Shown here: one piece after another, positions 10,515 through 18,675 of the stretch
Position numbering within the stretch: position 1 is the stretch's first letter
How the letters are laid out: the number at the start of each line of letters is the position of its first letter
Assembly: GCA_022825065.1 (NCBI GenBank)
Contig: JAJDYR010000022.1
Location: 97,021 to 161,020 of the forward strand
DNA length: 64,000 nt
Direction: 5' to 3'
DNA from: a bacterium
GTDB taxonomy: Bacteria; UBA8248
Program-made: the position numbers and the translations under genes
Notes under the pieces: generated by a model
Database searches by the model: none
What the model was told of the DNA's origin: nothing
Seen by the model: only the letters and a program-made list of their open reading frames with translations

Positions 10515-12194
10515 TCAGGATTTGCTCCATGCGAGGCGGGTGAACCGGCACCAGCAATCATACGAGGAAGAATCTATTTTTTTCGCCGCGAAAATATAGA
10601 AACAGGCGGCCAGTGATACCTCGAGCAGCATCATCACCAGTTTCAGGGCCGACGAGCCCTGCGAATCCCAAAATTGCAGATGAACGAGTTGAAGGTGAAC
10701 GAAATACGCGAGCAACCCCGTCAGGATTCCAAGCCCCAGAAGCCTGCCCAGGGAATGCGCCAACTCCTTTTTCGGGAAATCGCTCCACTCCCGCATGACG
10801 CCTCTCAGCAACAACACCGCGTTCAAAGCGCTCGAGCACGACGTGGCGAGCGCAAGGCCGATAAACCCGAGCGGAAGCATCAGGGCGACGCTGAGCACTA
10901 CGTTCGCGAGCACGGAGATATTGGCGCACTTCACCGGGAAACTCGTGTTCAATCGAGCGTGGAACACCCCGGCCAAAAGCCGCGTGACGCCGAAAAACAT
11001 CAGCCCGACTGCGTAAGCCTGCAAGGCGGCTGCGCTTGCGACGGTATGGGTTTGCGTAAAGGCGCCTCGTTCGAAAATGACCTCCATGATCGGATGAGCC
11101 AGAGCCATCAGGCCGAACGTAGAAGGAATCGTGATGAACAGCGTCAGTCTCCCCGCTTCGAGCATGGTGTTGCGCTCGGAGTCTCCGGATGCGGCATTTT
11201 CCCTGTTTTTCGCCGCATAATCCGACAAGACCGGCAATACGGCGGACACCACCGCGAGACTCAATATGCCGTGAGGAAGCTGGACCAACCGGTTCGCATA
11301 GTAAAGATAGGAAATGGAGCCCTCGGCCAGGAACGAAGCCAGCCAGCGATCAACGAGAACATTGACCTGAAAAATAGCGCCTCCAAGAGCTGCCGGCCCC
11401 ATCAGAGCCAGGCATCTGCCGACGCCCTCCACCCGCCACGGGATGGAGGGAAGCGGCAAAATCCGCAGTTTCCCCATGAAGGGGAGCTGGAAAAAAAACT
11501 GCGCAGCCCCGCCGATGACGACGGCCCAGGCGAGCCACCGAATCGCCTCCGCCCTGGTCACCAAATAACCCGCCAACAAAAGGGCGATGATGATGACCAC
11601 GTTCTGGAGCGCGGGCGCGAAAGCGGGCACGAAGAAGCGGCGCGCCGCGTTCAACATGCCGGCCGCGACCGCCCACAGGCCGATAAAAATAATGAATGGG
11701 AACATGATTCTGGTCAGTTGCGCGGCAAGGCGCAGTTTTTCCGGGTTGCTCGAAAAACCGGGCGCCAGCCCTCTCATCAAAGGTTCTGCGAACCAGATCC
11801 CGACCGCACAGCCCACGCCTCCCGCGAGGATGAGAAACACCAACATGCCGCCGGCGAATTTTTTGGCCTCTCTGGCTCCGGATTGTTCACGCACGTCGGA
11901 GTAGACGGGAAGAAACGAGGAACTCAGCGCGCCTTCCATGAACATGCGCCTGAAGAGGTTGGGAATCGCGAAGGCGACGAAAAAAGCATCGGCCATCATC
12001 GCGGCGCCGAAGAATTTGGCGATCAGCAAATCACGGAAAAAACCCGCAACCCGACTCAGGAGAGTCGCCAGACTGACGGGACCCGCAAACCTGGAAATGC
12101 TCTCCTCCGCAGCGGCATCACCATTTCCTGCCGACGCAGCGGCAGGAACATTTTTTTCCCGTTCCGGATGAGGGGATTCAGGTGGTGTGGTCAC
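10515..12194 (-). CDS. murJ: Lipid II flippase MurJ (MviN)
   Basis: 'SRVAGFFRDLLIAKFFGAAMMADAFFVAFAIPNLFRRMFMEGALSSSFLPVYS'. 559 aa, multi-TM. Confidence 0.85.
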   Translation of the reverse strand: MTTPPESPHPEREKNVPAAASAGNGDAAAEESISRFAGPVSLATLLSRVAGFFRDLLIAKFFGAAMMADAFFVAFAIPNLFRRMFMEGALSSSFLPVYSDVREQSGAREAKKFAGGMLVFLILAGGVGCAVGIWFAEPLMRGLAPGFSSNPEKLRLAAQLTRIMFPFIIFIGLWAVAAGMLNAARRFFVPAFAPALQNVVIIIALLLAGYLVTRAEAIRWLAWAVVIGGAAQFFFQLPFMGKLRILPLPSIPWRVEGVGRCLALMGPAALGGAIFQVNVLVDRWLASFLAEGSISYLYYANRLVQLPHGILSLAVVSAVLPVLSDYAAKNRENAASGDSERNTMLEAGRLTLFITIPSTFGLMALAHPIMEVIFERGAFTQTHTVASAAALQAYAVGLMFFGVTRLLAGVFHARLNTSFPVKCANISVLANVVLSVALMLPLGFIGLALATSCSSALNAVLLLRGVMREWSDFPKKELAHSLGRLLGLGILTGLLAYFVHLQLVHLQFWDSQGSSALKLVMMLLEVSLAACFYIFAAKKIDSSSYDCWCRFTRLAWSKS

Positions 12195-12221
12195 AAAATT
12201 CCTGGCGCCGGGGCGGAGAAC

Positions 12222-12250
12222 TTGACAACCCTTTGTTCCGTGGTATTTTA
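12222..12250 (+). promoter_or_regulatory. Putative sigma70-type promoter for rpsT: TTGACA (12222-12227), about 16-17 bp spacer, TATTTT/ATTTTA (12244-12250)
   Basis: Read directly: 'cTTGACAaccctttgttccgtggTATTTTAcc' in the murJ/rpsT divergent intergenic region. Confidence 0.35.
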
Positions 12251-12312
12251 CCGGGGCTGTGAAACAGCCTCAAGGGAAACATTTCAACTATATTCACGGA
12301 GAATGAAACAAA

Positions 12313-12567
12313 TTGCCACATATTCGTTCGGCCAAAAAGCGCAATCGTCAAAATATCGTTCGCCGCGCCAGAAACCGCGCTATTCGTACGCAGTTTCGCA
12401 ACACCATCAAACAACTCTTGGATAGCGAAGAAAACCCCGAGGAACTGCTGAGACAAGCCCAGTCGCAACTGGACCGCGCAGCCACCAAAGGAATTATCCA
12501 CCAGAAAACAGCGTCGAGACGCGCGGGAAGATTGGCCAGGCGAATTCACGCGGCCTCTGCGAAATAG
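12313..12567 (+). CDS. rpsT: 30S ribosomal protein S20. TTG start, as in E. coli rpsT.
   Basis: '(M)PHIRSAKKRNRQNIVRRARNRAIRTQFRNTIK...'. 84 aa, basic. Confidence 0.8.
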   Translation: MPHIRSAKKRNRQNIVRRARNRAIRTQFRNTIKQLLDSEENPEELLRQAQSQLDRAATKGIIHQKTASRRAGRLARRIHAASAK

Positions 12568-13611
12568 CTAGGCAACCTTGTGCGTTCCGCTTCCGGCGGA
12601 ACGCACGTCCACCAAGAACAACTCGAGCGCCTGCCGAGCCGCCCTCACGTCGCTCGTCCGCTTGAGCTTGCGATCCACCTGAAGCAATTTCCCGTACAAC
12701 TCACGCAAATGGGCCGAACCCAGCCCCCTGACCTGATTCTCAAGCCTTTTCCCCACAAAAGGCGGCAGACCCAGCACCTGAGAAATCCCCTGGGCGCCCC
12801 GGCCGTTTCGAATCAAGGCCTTTGAAATCGTCCAGCGCCTGATCAAATTGCGCAACACACCGACGAAAACAACGGGGTGTTCGGTTTCCATCATCCGGCG
12901 CAAGAGAACCAGGGTTCCACTCAAGCTCCCCTGGCTGAGCGAATCACCCAGCTTGTAGAGCAACTCCTCTCTGGAGTGTCCGATGATTTCACGAATCTCA
13001 TCTTCGCCGGCAAGTGTTCCCGGCATCACGAATGAGGCGATCTTCTCGAGCTCGGTGCTGAGCCTCATCATGGAGGGCTTGACCATTTCGACCAGCAAAC
13101 CGGCGGCTTCCGGACGCAACTCGAATCCCAACTCCACAGCGCGCCCATGAAGCCATTTCTTTAATTCTTCCCCCTCCAAACTATCCACCCGGCAAACCAC
13201 GCTCCCCTTTACCAGGCGCTGGAAGAAAGTGGTTCGCATGTCGATGTTTTCCGCGCAGAAAACAAGAACCGTGGACTCGGACGGGTGCTCGAGATAAGAG
13301 AGAAGGATGGATTCATCCCTCCCGCCCGGCCTGGCGAAATTGAGGACTTCTACGAGGCGTCTCTCCGCGATGAACGGCAGCGTCTGGGCAACGGCGATGA
13401 TTTCGGACGCATCAGCCTCAGTCCAGTCGAAACGGTCATGGTTGAAATCACCCGGCTCATCACCAAAAACCTTATGGCGAACAACGCGCAGGTATTCATC
13501 CCGCAAAAAGGAATCCTCACCCTCCAAAAGGTATACGGGTTGAATCGGCGAGTTTTTCACATCTGAGAGCGCCGCCAGGGAACTCTTCGGCTTTTTGCGG
13601 CTCGGGGACAA
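12568..13611 (-). CDS. holA: DNA polymerase III delta subunit
   Basis: 347 aa. 'VYLLEGEDSFLRDEY...' N-terminal pattern. lptE-holA adjacency. Confidence 0.75.
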   Translation of the reverse strand: MSPSRKKPKSSLAALSDVKNSPIQPVYLLEGEDSFLRDEYLRVVRHKVFGDEPGDFNHDRFDWTEADASEIIAVAQTLPFIAERRLVEVLNFARPGGRDESILLSYLEHPSESTVLVFCAENIDMRTTFFQRLVKGSVVCRVDSLEGEELKKWLHGRAVELGFELRPEAAGLLVEMVKPSMMRLSTELEKIASFVMPGTLAGEDEIREIIGHSREELLYKLGDSLSQGSLSGTLVLLRRMMETEHPVVFVGVLRNLIRRWTISKALIRNGRGAQGISQVLGLPPFVGKRLENQVRGLGSAHLRELYGKLLQVDRKLKRTSDVRAARQALELFLVDVRSAGSGTHKVA

Positions 13612-13612
13612 C

Positions 13613-14149
13613 CTAAAAACCCTCTAACACGAGGCTCACGAGGTCTTCCGACAGTGAGTCGGCTGCTTGTTGATTGGCGTTCGAGCGGTTTGCGTCGCTT
13701 CGCGCGATGGATGAGGAAACCGCGAATTCGGCATAAGACTCCATATCCTGATTGATGAGCAATTTCCCCCGCTCTTTGTCACGCAGCCGTATGCGGGTGC
13801 GCACAACGACACGATACTGCAAAGCCCTGTCAGTCCGGGTGAACCCAATCGGCGAGAGACGATACTCGCGTAAAACGCCTTCGAGAGCGACGTCCGCATC
13901 GGGGGAGCCGGAAACCCGGAGGCGACCGTCCCGCAGGAACCTTCCTCTCACCGCTTTCGTGACGGCGCGCCCCAGGCCCGGCTCGTTCGTCTGGTTCAGG
14001 AATGGTGGTATCGAAATCGTTCGAACGTCTTTCAGGTTCCCGGGGCGAAGCGTTCCCTCAAGATCGTAGCCGCAGCCCGCCGCCAGGAAAACGATTAGCA
14101 GGAGTGAGAAACGGAGCGTGCGAATCATCCTCATAAGCACCCCACTCAA
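13613..14149 (-). CDS. lptE: LPS-assembly lipoprotein LptE (RlpB)
   Basis: Lipobox 'LLLIVFLAAGCGYDL'. Sits immediately upstream of holA. Confidence 0.65.
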   Translation of the reverse strand: MSGVLMRMIRTLRFSLLLIVFLAAGCGYDLEGTLRPGNLKDVRTISIPPFLNQTNEPGLGRAVTKAVRGRFLRDGRLRVSGSPDADVALEGVLREYRLSPIGFTRTDRALQYRVVVRTRIRLRDKERGKLLINQDMESYAEFAVSSSIARSDANRSNANQQAADSLSEDLVSLVLEGF

Positions 14150-14700
14150 ATGAAGACCTCCAGGGAGAGTTCCCGGTTTTTCACGCTGCTGAAAGCAATT
14201 TGCTCGCTCAGCGCGACCAACTCGTCATAATTCTCGTCATCCGGTTCGCAGACGAGAATATCGACATCCCAAGGGTTTCCGATGACGCCCCGTATCGCGC
14301 CGTTCATGATCTCCGTAGCCACAGGGGCGAAGCCGTCGGGGAGTTGCGCAAAGCCTGAAACCTCCAGCGACAAATTCTTCGCCGACGTCTTCATCATTCT
14401 TCCGAAAATCTCCTTCGCGCACCGGTAGAGCTTCGTCAGGGTCAAGTCCTCCAAAGAGCCGACTCCTGCGAACAAAACATATTCGGGCGCGAGTCGCCCT
14501 TTTGAAGCCAGCATGGCCTGGGATTCCCATACACCGCTCAATTTGCCTTGTTGCACCAGGCGGCTCGCCTCGTTCTCCAGCAAGCGATCGATCGCTTCCA
14601 ACCGCCCCTGAAACGGAAAATCTTCCACCGCGAACATGGAAACGGCGGCGAAGCTCTTCACCTCGTGCAATCCCCGAGGAAGCAAGCGAAGGCGAATCAC
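14146..14700 (-). CDS. Hypothetical protein resembling a standalone N-terminal domain of M17 leucyl aminopeptidase (PepA-N-like). No catalytic domain.
   Basis: 'QGKLSGVWESQAMLASKGRLAPEYVLFAGVGSLEDLTLTKLYRCAKEIFGRMMKTSAKNLSLEV' fits the Peptidase_M17_N pattern '...G..GE.L.L......rVLLVGLGk..eLT.e.lRraaa.a.r.l...ak...v.l'. Start overlaps the nusB stop. Confidence 0.4.
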   Translation of the reverse strand: MIRLRLLPRGLHEVKSFAAVSMFAVEDFPFQGRLEAIDRLLENEASRLVQQGKLSGVWESQAMLASKGRLAPEYVLFAGVGSLEDLTLTKLYRCAKEIFGRMMKTSAKNLSLEVSGFAQLPDGFAPVATEIMNGAIRGVIGNPWDVDILVCEPDDENYDELVALSEQIAFSSVKNRELSLEVFI

Positions 14701-14701
14701 C

Positions 14702-15118
14702 CTAGACCGCCATTTTCTCTTGATGGAGACGATCCAGAATGCCGTTCACGAATCCGGGCGCATTCTCTGGTCCATACCGCTTGGCCAGGCGAATGGCTTC
14801 ATCCATCGTAACCGCAGGCGGGATATCCGGCAGGAAATACATTTCGCAAACGCCCAGGCGCAAGATGCTCCTCGATACAGAATCCATGCGTTCGAGCGAC
14901 CAACTCGCGCTCGCTTCGGTGAGTATATCGTTAATCTGCCGGTTTTTCTCCAGCATGATCGCCATCAACCTGTCGGCGAACTTTTTTGAACTCTCGCTCG
15001 CCGGATGCAACCGCCAATAACGCTCGACTTCTTCCGGTGTCAGACTTCCGATGCGATCCGTATGATAGAGGATTTGAAACGCAAGCTCTCGCCCTCCCCT
15101 TCTGTTCTCGACCATCAC
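14702..15118 (-). CDS. nusB: Transcription antitermination factor NusB
   Basis: '[15 protein letters not shown]...', '[38 protein letters not shown]'. 138 aa. Confidence 0.85.
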   Translation of the reverse strand: MMVENRRGGRELAFQILYHTDRIGSLTPEEVERYWRLHPASESSKKFADRLMAIMLEKNRQINDILTEASASWSLERMDSVSRSILRLGVCEMYFLPDIPPAVTMDEAIRLAKRYGPENAPGFVNGILDRLHQEKMAV

Positions 15119-15630
15119 TTCCCCTCTTCGAGAGCGTCGTTTCCATCCCTGTCCATTTTCGAGAATAAATTCGCCATCTCCACGGCCGCCAGGGCGCCTT
15201 CGTATCCCTTGTTTCCCATCTTTGTTCCCGAACGCTCGATGGCCTGTTCAATCGTATCCGTCGTGACAACGCTGAATATGGTCGGCACCCCCGTCCGGGC
15301 GCCCACCTGGGCGATGCCCTTCGTCGCTTCGGCGCACACCAAATCGTAGTGGGAGGTAGCGCCCCGTATCACGCATCCCAGGCAGATGATGGCGTCGTAA
15401 TTTTGTGATTCCGCCATCTTCATCGCAGCCGCCGGAATCTCGAACGAACCCGGCACCTGCACGTGCGCTATGTCGCCCGCGGAAACGCCGCATTGGCGCA
15501 AAGCCGTCTCGGCCCCTCGGACAAGGTGCGTCACTACAAAATCGTTAAACCGCGACGAGACGAGGCCAATCCGCAGGCCCCGCCCGTTGAGATCGCCTTC
15601 CACCGGATTACCCATTGACTCTCCAAGCAC
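15115..15630 (-). CDS. ribH: 6,7-dimethyl-8-ribityllumazine synthase
   Basis: '[31 protein letters not shown]...[40 protein letters not shown]'. Confidence 0.85.
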   Translation of the reverse strand: MLGESMGNPVEGDLNGRGLRIGLVSSRFNDFVVTHLVRGAETALRQCGVSAGDIAHVQVPGSFEIPAAAMKMAESQNYDAIICLGCVIRGATSHYDLVCAEATKGIAQVGARTGVPTIFSVVTTDTIEQAIERSGTKMGNKGYEGALAAVEMANLFSKMDRDGNDALEEGK

Positions 15631-15633
15631 GTT

Positions 15634-16866
15634 TTATGGACGCTGCAAGTAGGATTCCTTGCCGTCCTTCCTCTTCTTTTGCATGGACGGCAAAGGCGGC
15701 TCCATGTCCACCGCCACCCTGTCTTCGAGTTCGAGGCCATAGCCTTCGAGCGCAACAATCCTGCGCTCATCATTCGTCATGATCCGAATCCGGCGCAAGC
15801 CCAGGTCCACGAGGATCTGGGCGCCTATGCCGTAATCGCGCAATCCCTGGAACGGCGCGCTCTTGATCCTGATTTTCTCATCCACCTCACGCGCGCCGGC
15901 GGCCATCTGCTCTTTTCTGGAAAACTCCTCTCCCATCGAATCGGGCTGTAAAAATACCAACACACCCTTGCCCGCTTCCTGAATCTTGGCCAGCGCGCTT
16001 CTGATCCTGTCCGGACAATCGGAGCGTAAAAGCGCCAGCAAATCCCAGATGGCATTCACCGGCTGCACCCGAATGTGGGTGGGCTCGTCCGGGTTCAAGT
16101 CCCCCATCACCAAAGCGGCGTGAATCCTTCCGCTGCTTTGATTGTGGTACGCATACACCTTGAAAGTGCCGAATACCGTCGGCACCTCGGCCTCCTCCAC
16201 ACGCTCCACAAGACGATCGTGACGCATGCGGTAAGCGATGAGATCCTTGATGGTCACAAGGGAGAGATTATTCTTTTCCGCCACCTTTCGCAGGTTGGGC
16301 AGACGCGCCATCGAACCGTCTTCGTTCAATACTTCACAAAGAACACCCGCGGGCTGAAGGCCGGCCAGACGAGCCAAATCCACCGTGCCCTCCGTGTGGC
16401 CTGCTCTCCTGAGCACGCCCCCCGGCTGCGCCCGCAGCGGAAAAATATGGCCCGGCGTCACGAGGTCCGACGGTCTGGCGTCTTCCTGTATGGCGGTTTG
16501 TATGGTATGGGCCCTGTCGAAGGCGCTGATGCCTGTGGTGACGCCCTCGCGCGCTTCTATGGAAACCGTGAAAGCCGTGCCGAAAGCGGAGCCGTTCTCG
16601 CGGCTGGGCACCATCATGGGAAGACCCAGCGATTCCACCTTCTCCGGCGTGAGCGCGAGACAGACGAGGCCACGCGCATGTTTCGTCATGAAGTTGATCG
16701 CCTCGGGCGTCACCCTCTCGGCCGCCAGGATGAAATCGCCTTCGTTCTCGCGGTCCTCATCATCCACCAGGACGACGATGCGGCCCTCGCGGATATCGCC
16801 AATCGCCTCTTCAATCGTGGAGAAAGGACTCGCGCCCAAATCCTTTTCCTCCCTCGGCTCAGGCAT
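15634..16866 (-). CDS. ribBA: Bifunctional 3,4-dihydroxy-2-butanone-4-phosphate synthase / GTP cyclohydrolase II
   Basis: 'IVVLVDDEDRENEGDFILAAERVTPEAINFM' (DHBP synthase) plus a C-terminal GTP cyclohydrolase II region. 410 aa. Confidence 0.9.
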   Translation of the reverse strand: MPEPREEKDLGASPFSTIEEAIGDIREGRIVVLVDDEDRENEGDFILAAERVTPEAINFMTKHARGLVCLALTPEKVESLGLPMMVPSRENGSAFGTAFTVSIEAREGVTTGISAFDRAHTIQTAIQEDARPSDLVTPGHIFPLRAQPGGVLRRAGHTEGTVDLARLAGLQPAGVLCEVLNEDGSMARLPNLRKVAEKNNLSLVTIKDLIAYRMRHDRLVERVEEAEVPTVFGTFKVYAYHNQSSGRIHAALVMGDLNPDEPTHIRVQPVNAIWDLLALLRSDCPDRIRSALAKIQEAGKGVLVFLQPDSMGEEFSRKEQMAAGAREVDEKIRIKSAPFQGLRDYGIGAQILVDLGLRRIRIMTNDERRIVALEGYGLELEDRVAVDMEPPLPSMQKKRKDGKESYLQRP

Positions 16867-17518
16867 AGCCTTGCTCCCTCAGTTTTTCCATCGTGACGCC
16901 ACCATGAGACCTCGATTCCGCGTGGGGGGCGAGCAGTTTTTCCACGTATTTTCCAATCAAATCCGCTTCGAGATTCACCGCGGCGCCGTCTTTCTTCTCC
17001 GTGAGTGTCGTTTGCTCGCTCGTATGCGGGATGATCGACACCGAAAAAGTCTCCCCATCACACGCCGCCACCGTCAGGCTGATTCCATCAACCGCGATAG
17101 ACCCTTTATAAACGACATAGCGCATCACCTCCACCGGGGCCTCGAAAGTGAGCCAAATCGAATCGCCCTCGTTTTTCCTGCTTCTGATCCTGCCCACGCC
17201 GTCGACGTGGCCGCTCACGAGATGCCCGCCCAGGCGTTCTCCCAGCGCCATGGCGCGTTCCAGATTGCACCGGCCGCCGACGTCCAGTTCGCCCAAATTC
17301 GTCCGCCGAAGCGTCTCGATGGACAAATCGGCCTCGAATTTTCTTTCATCAAAATCAACCACCGTGACGCAAACGCCGTTGAGGGCGATGGAATCACCGA
17401 GCCCCACGCCATCCAAAACACCCGGCGCCTCGATGGCAATTCGCGCGCCATCGGCGTCTTTCCTCAATGAGCGAATCGCGCCTACGGCCTCGATAATTCC
17501 GCTAAACACCTTTTCCAC
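16859..17518 (-). CDS. ribE: Riboflavin synthase (alpha chain)
   Basis: 'VFSGIIEAVGAIRS...SIALNGVCVTVV'. Two lumazine-binding repeats. 219 aa. Confidence 0.85.
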   Translation of the reverse strand: MEKVFSGIIEAVGAIRSLRKDADGARIAIEAPGVLDGVGLGDSIALNGVCVTVVDFDERKFEADLSIETLRRTNLGELDVGGRCNLERAMALGERLGGHLVSGHVDGVGRIRSRKNEGDSIWLTFEAPVEVMRYVVYKGSIAVDGISLTVAACDGETFSVSIIPHTSEQTTLTEKKDGAAVNLEADLIGKYVEKLLAPHAESRSHGGVTMEKLREQGYA

Positions 17519-18662
17519 CCTCGAATTCTTTCCAGATCGGTTTTTTGAAATATCCTTGAATCAATAAATCATCTCCAATAACTTCATGTGTTACATTAAA
17601 TAACCCGGGCAGAGATTGCAATTCCTCTTCATCAAGGCCGGAAACCGCGCCGGGGGCCTGCGCATCCCCCACAATCAGGGGCGCCAAAAAATACAAGAGC
17701 CGATCCGCCAGGCCTTCCCGGATGAAAGAACCGTGAACCCGGCCGCCGCCTTCTACCAGAATATGACGAACGCCGCGACTTCCCAATACCTCCAGCACCG
17801 GAGCGAGCGAAACCCGGCCTTGCGGGTCTGCCTGTACGCGAACGACTTCCGCACCCGCTTCGCGCAACGCCGTTTCTCTGGCCAGGGGCGCTGCGTCCGT
17901 AGTCGCAACGATGGTGGAACTCCCCTGCCGGGAGGCCAGTACCCGGGCGTGAGGAGGCGTCCTGAGCCTCGAGTCCAGCACAACCCTCGTCAACGGCCTG
18001 CCCGCAACACCACCTGGCCGCGCAGTAAGCAACGGGTCGTCTTCCAGCACCGTCTCCACGCCCACCAGGATGGCGTCCATTTTGTTTCTGAAATGATGAC
18101 CTGCGTTTCTCGCCGCCTCGCCCGTGATCCATCTGCTCTGCCCGCTCCGGGTGGCGATTTTCCCGTCCAGACTCGCGGCGGCCTTCAGGCTAAGAAAAGG
18201 ACGGCCGCACCGCCACCAATGAAAATATACTTCATTCTGGCGCACCGCCTCCTCGGCCATTACGCCGACTTCCACCTCGACGCCACGTTCGCGCAGGTGC
18301 GAAAACCCTTTGCCTGATACTTGCGGGTTCGGGTCCGCGACAGCGGCGATGACCTGAGAAACGCCTGAATCCACCACGAAGGGCGCGCAGGGGGGCGTTC
18401 TGCCCTGGTGAGAACACGGCTCCAGGGTGAGGATCAAAACGCCGCCTCGCGCCCGCCCGCCCGCTTCCTGCAGAGCCAGAACTTCTGCGTGCGGCTCCCC
18501 CGCCTTTCTGTGCCAGCCTCGCCCCGCTACCTCTCCGTCGGCGTCAAGAACAACGGCCCCGACGAGCGGATTGGGGCTCGTCATCCCCTCCGCGCGCCCC
18601 GCGAGAGCAAGGGCCTCGGCCATCAACTCGTTTTTGCGCTCGGCAGAGAGACGAACCATCAA
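17502..18662 (-). CDS. ribD: Bifunctional diaminohydroxyphosphoribosylaminopyrimidine deaminase / 5-amino-6-(5-phosphoribosylamino)uracil reductase
   Basis: CMP/dCMP deaminase motif 'HAEVLALQEAG...TLEPCSHQGRTPPC'. 386 aa. Confidence 0.9.
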   Translation of the reverse strand: MMVRLSAERKNELMAEALALAGRAEGMTSPNPLVGAVVLDADGEVAGRGWHRKAGEPHAEVLALQEAGGRARGGVLILTLEPCSHQGRTPPCAPFVVDSGVSQVIAAVADPNPQVSGKGFSHLRERGVEVEVGVMAEEAVRQNEVYFHWWRCGRPFLSLKAAASLDGKIATRSGQSRWITGEAARNAGHHFRNKMDAILVGVETVLEDDPLLTARPGGVAGRPLTRVVLDSRLRTPPHARVLASRQGSSTIVATTDAAPLARETALREAGAEVVRVQADPQGRVSLAPVLEVLGSRGVRHILVEGGGRVHGSFIREGLADRLLYFLAPLIVGDAQAPGAVSGLDEEELQSLPGLFNVTHEVIGDDLLIQGYFKKPIWKEFEGGKGV

Positions 18663-18675
18663 AGTGAAATCCCGC

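Noticed and set aside
12580-12606. Perfect 11-bp-stem hairpin GTGCGTTCCGC-ttccg-GCGGAACGCAC just after the rpsT stop, as an intrinsic terminator
   Set aside because: There is no downstream U-tract on either strand, and it lies inside the 3' end of the holA coding sequence. It may still pause or terminate rpsT transcription, but it is not a canonical intrinsic terminator, so it is not reported as a feature.
18663-18675. FMN riboswitch (RFN) upstream of ribD, a lysine riboswitch upstream of lysC, and an M-box upstream of the mgtE cluster
   Set aside because: Only 13 bp and 9 bp of spacer exist upstream of ribD and lysC. The 190-bp leader before 57213 shows none of the conserved M-box helices by eye. 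I cannot run Infernal, so absence is provisional.
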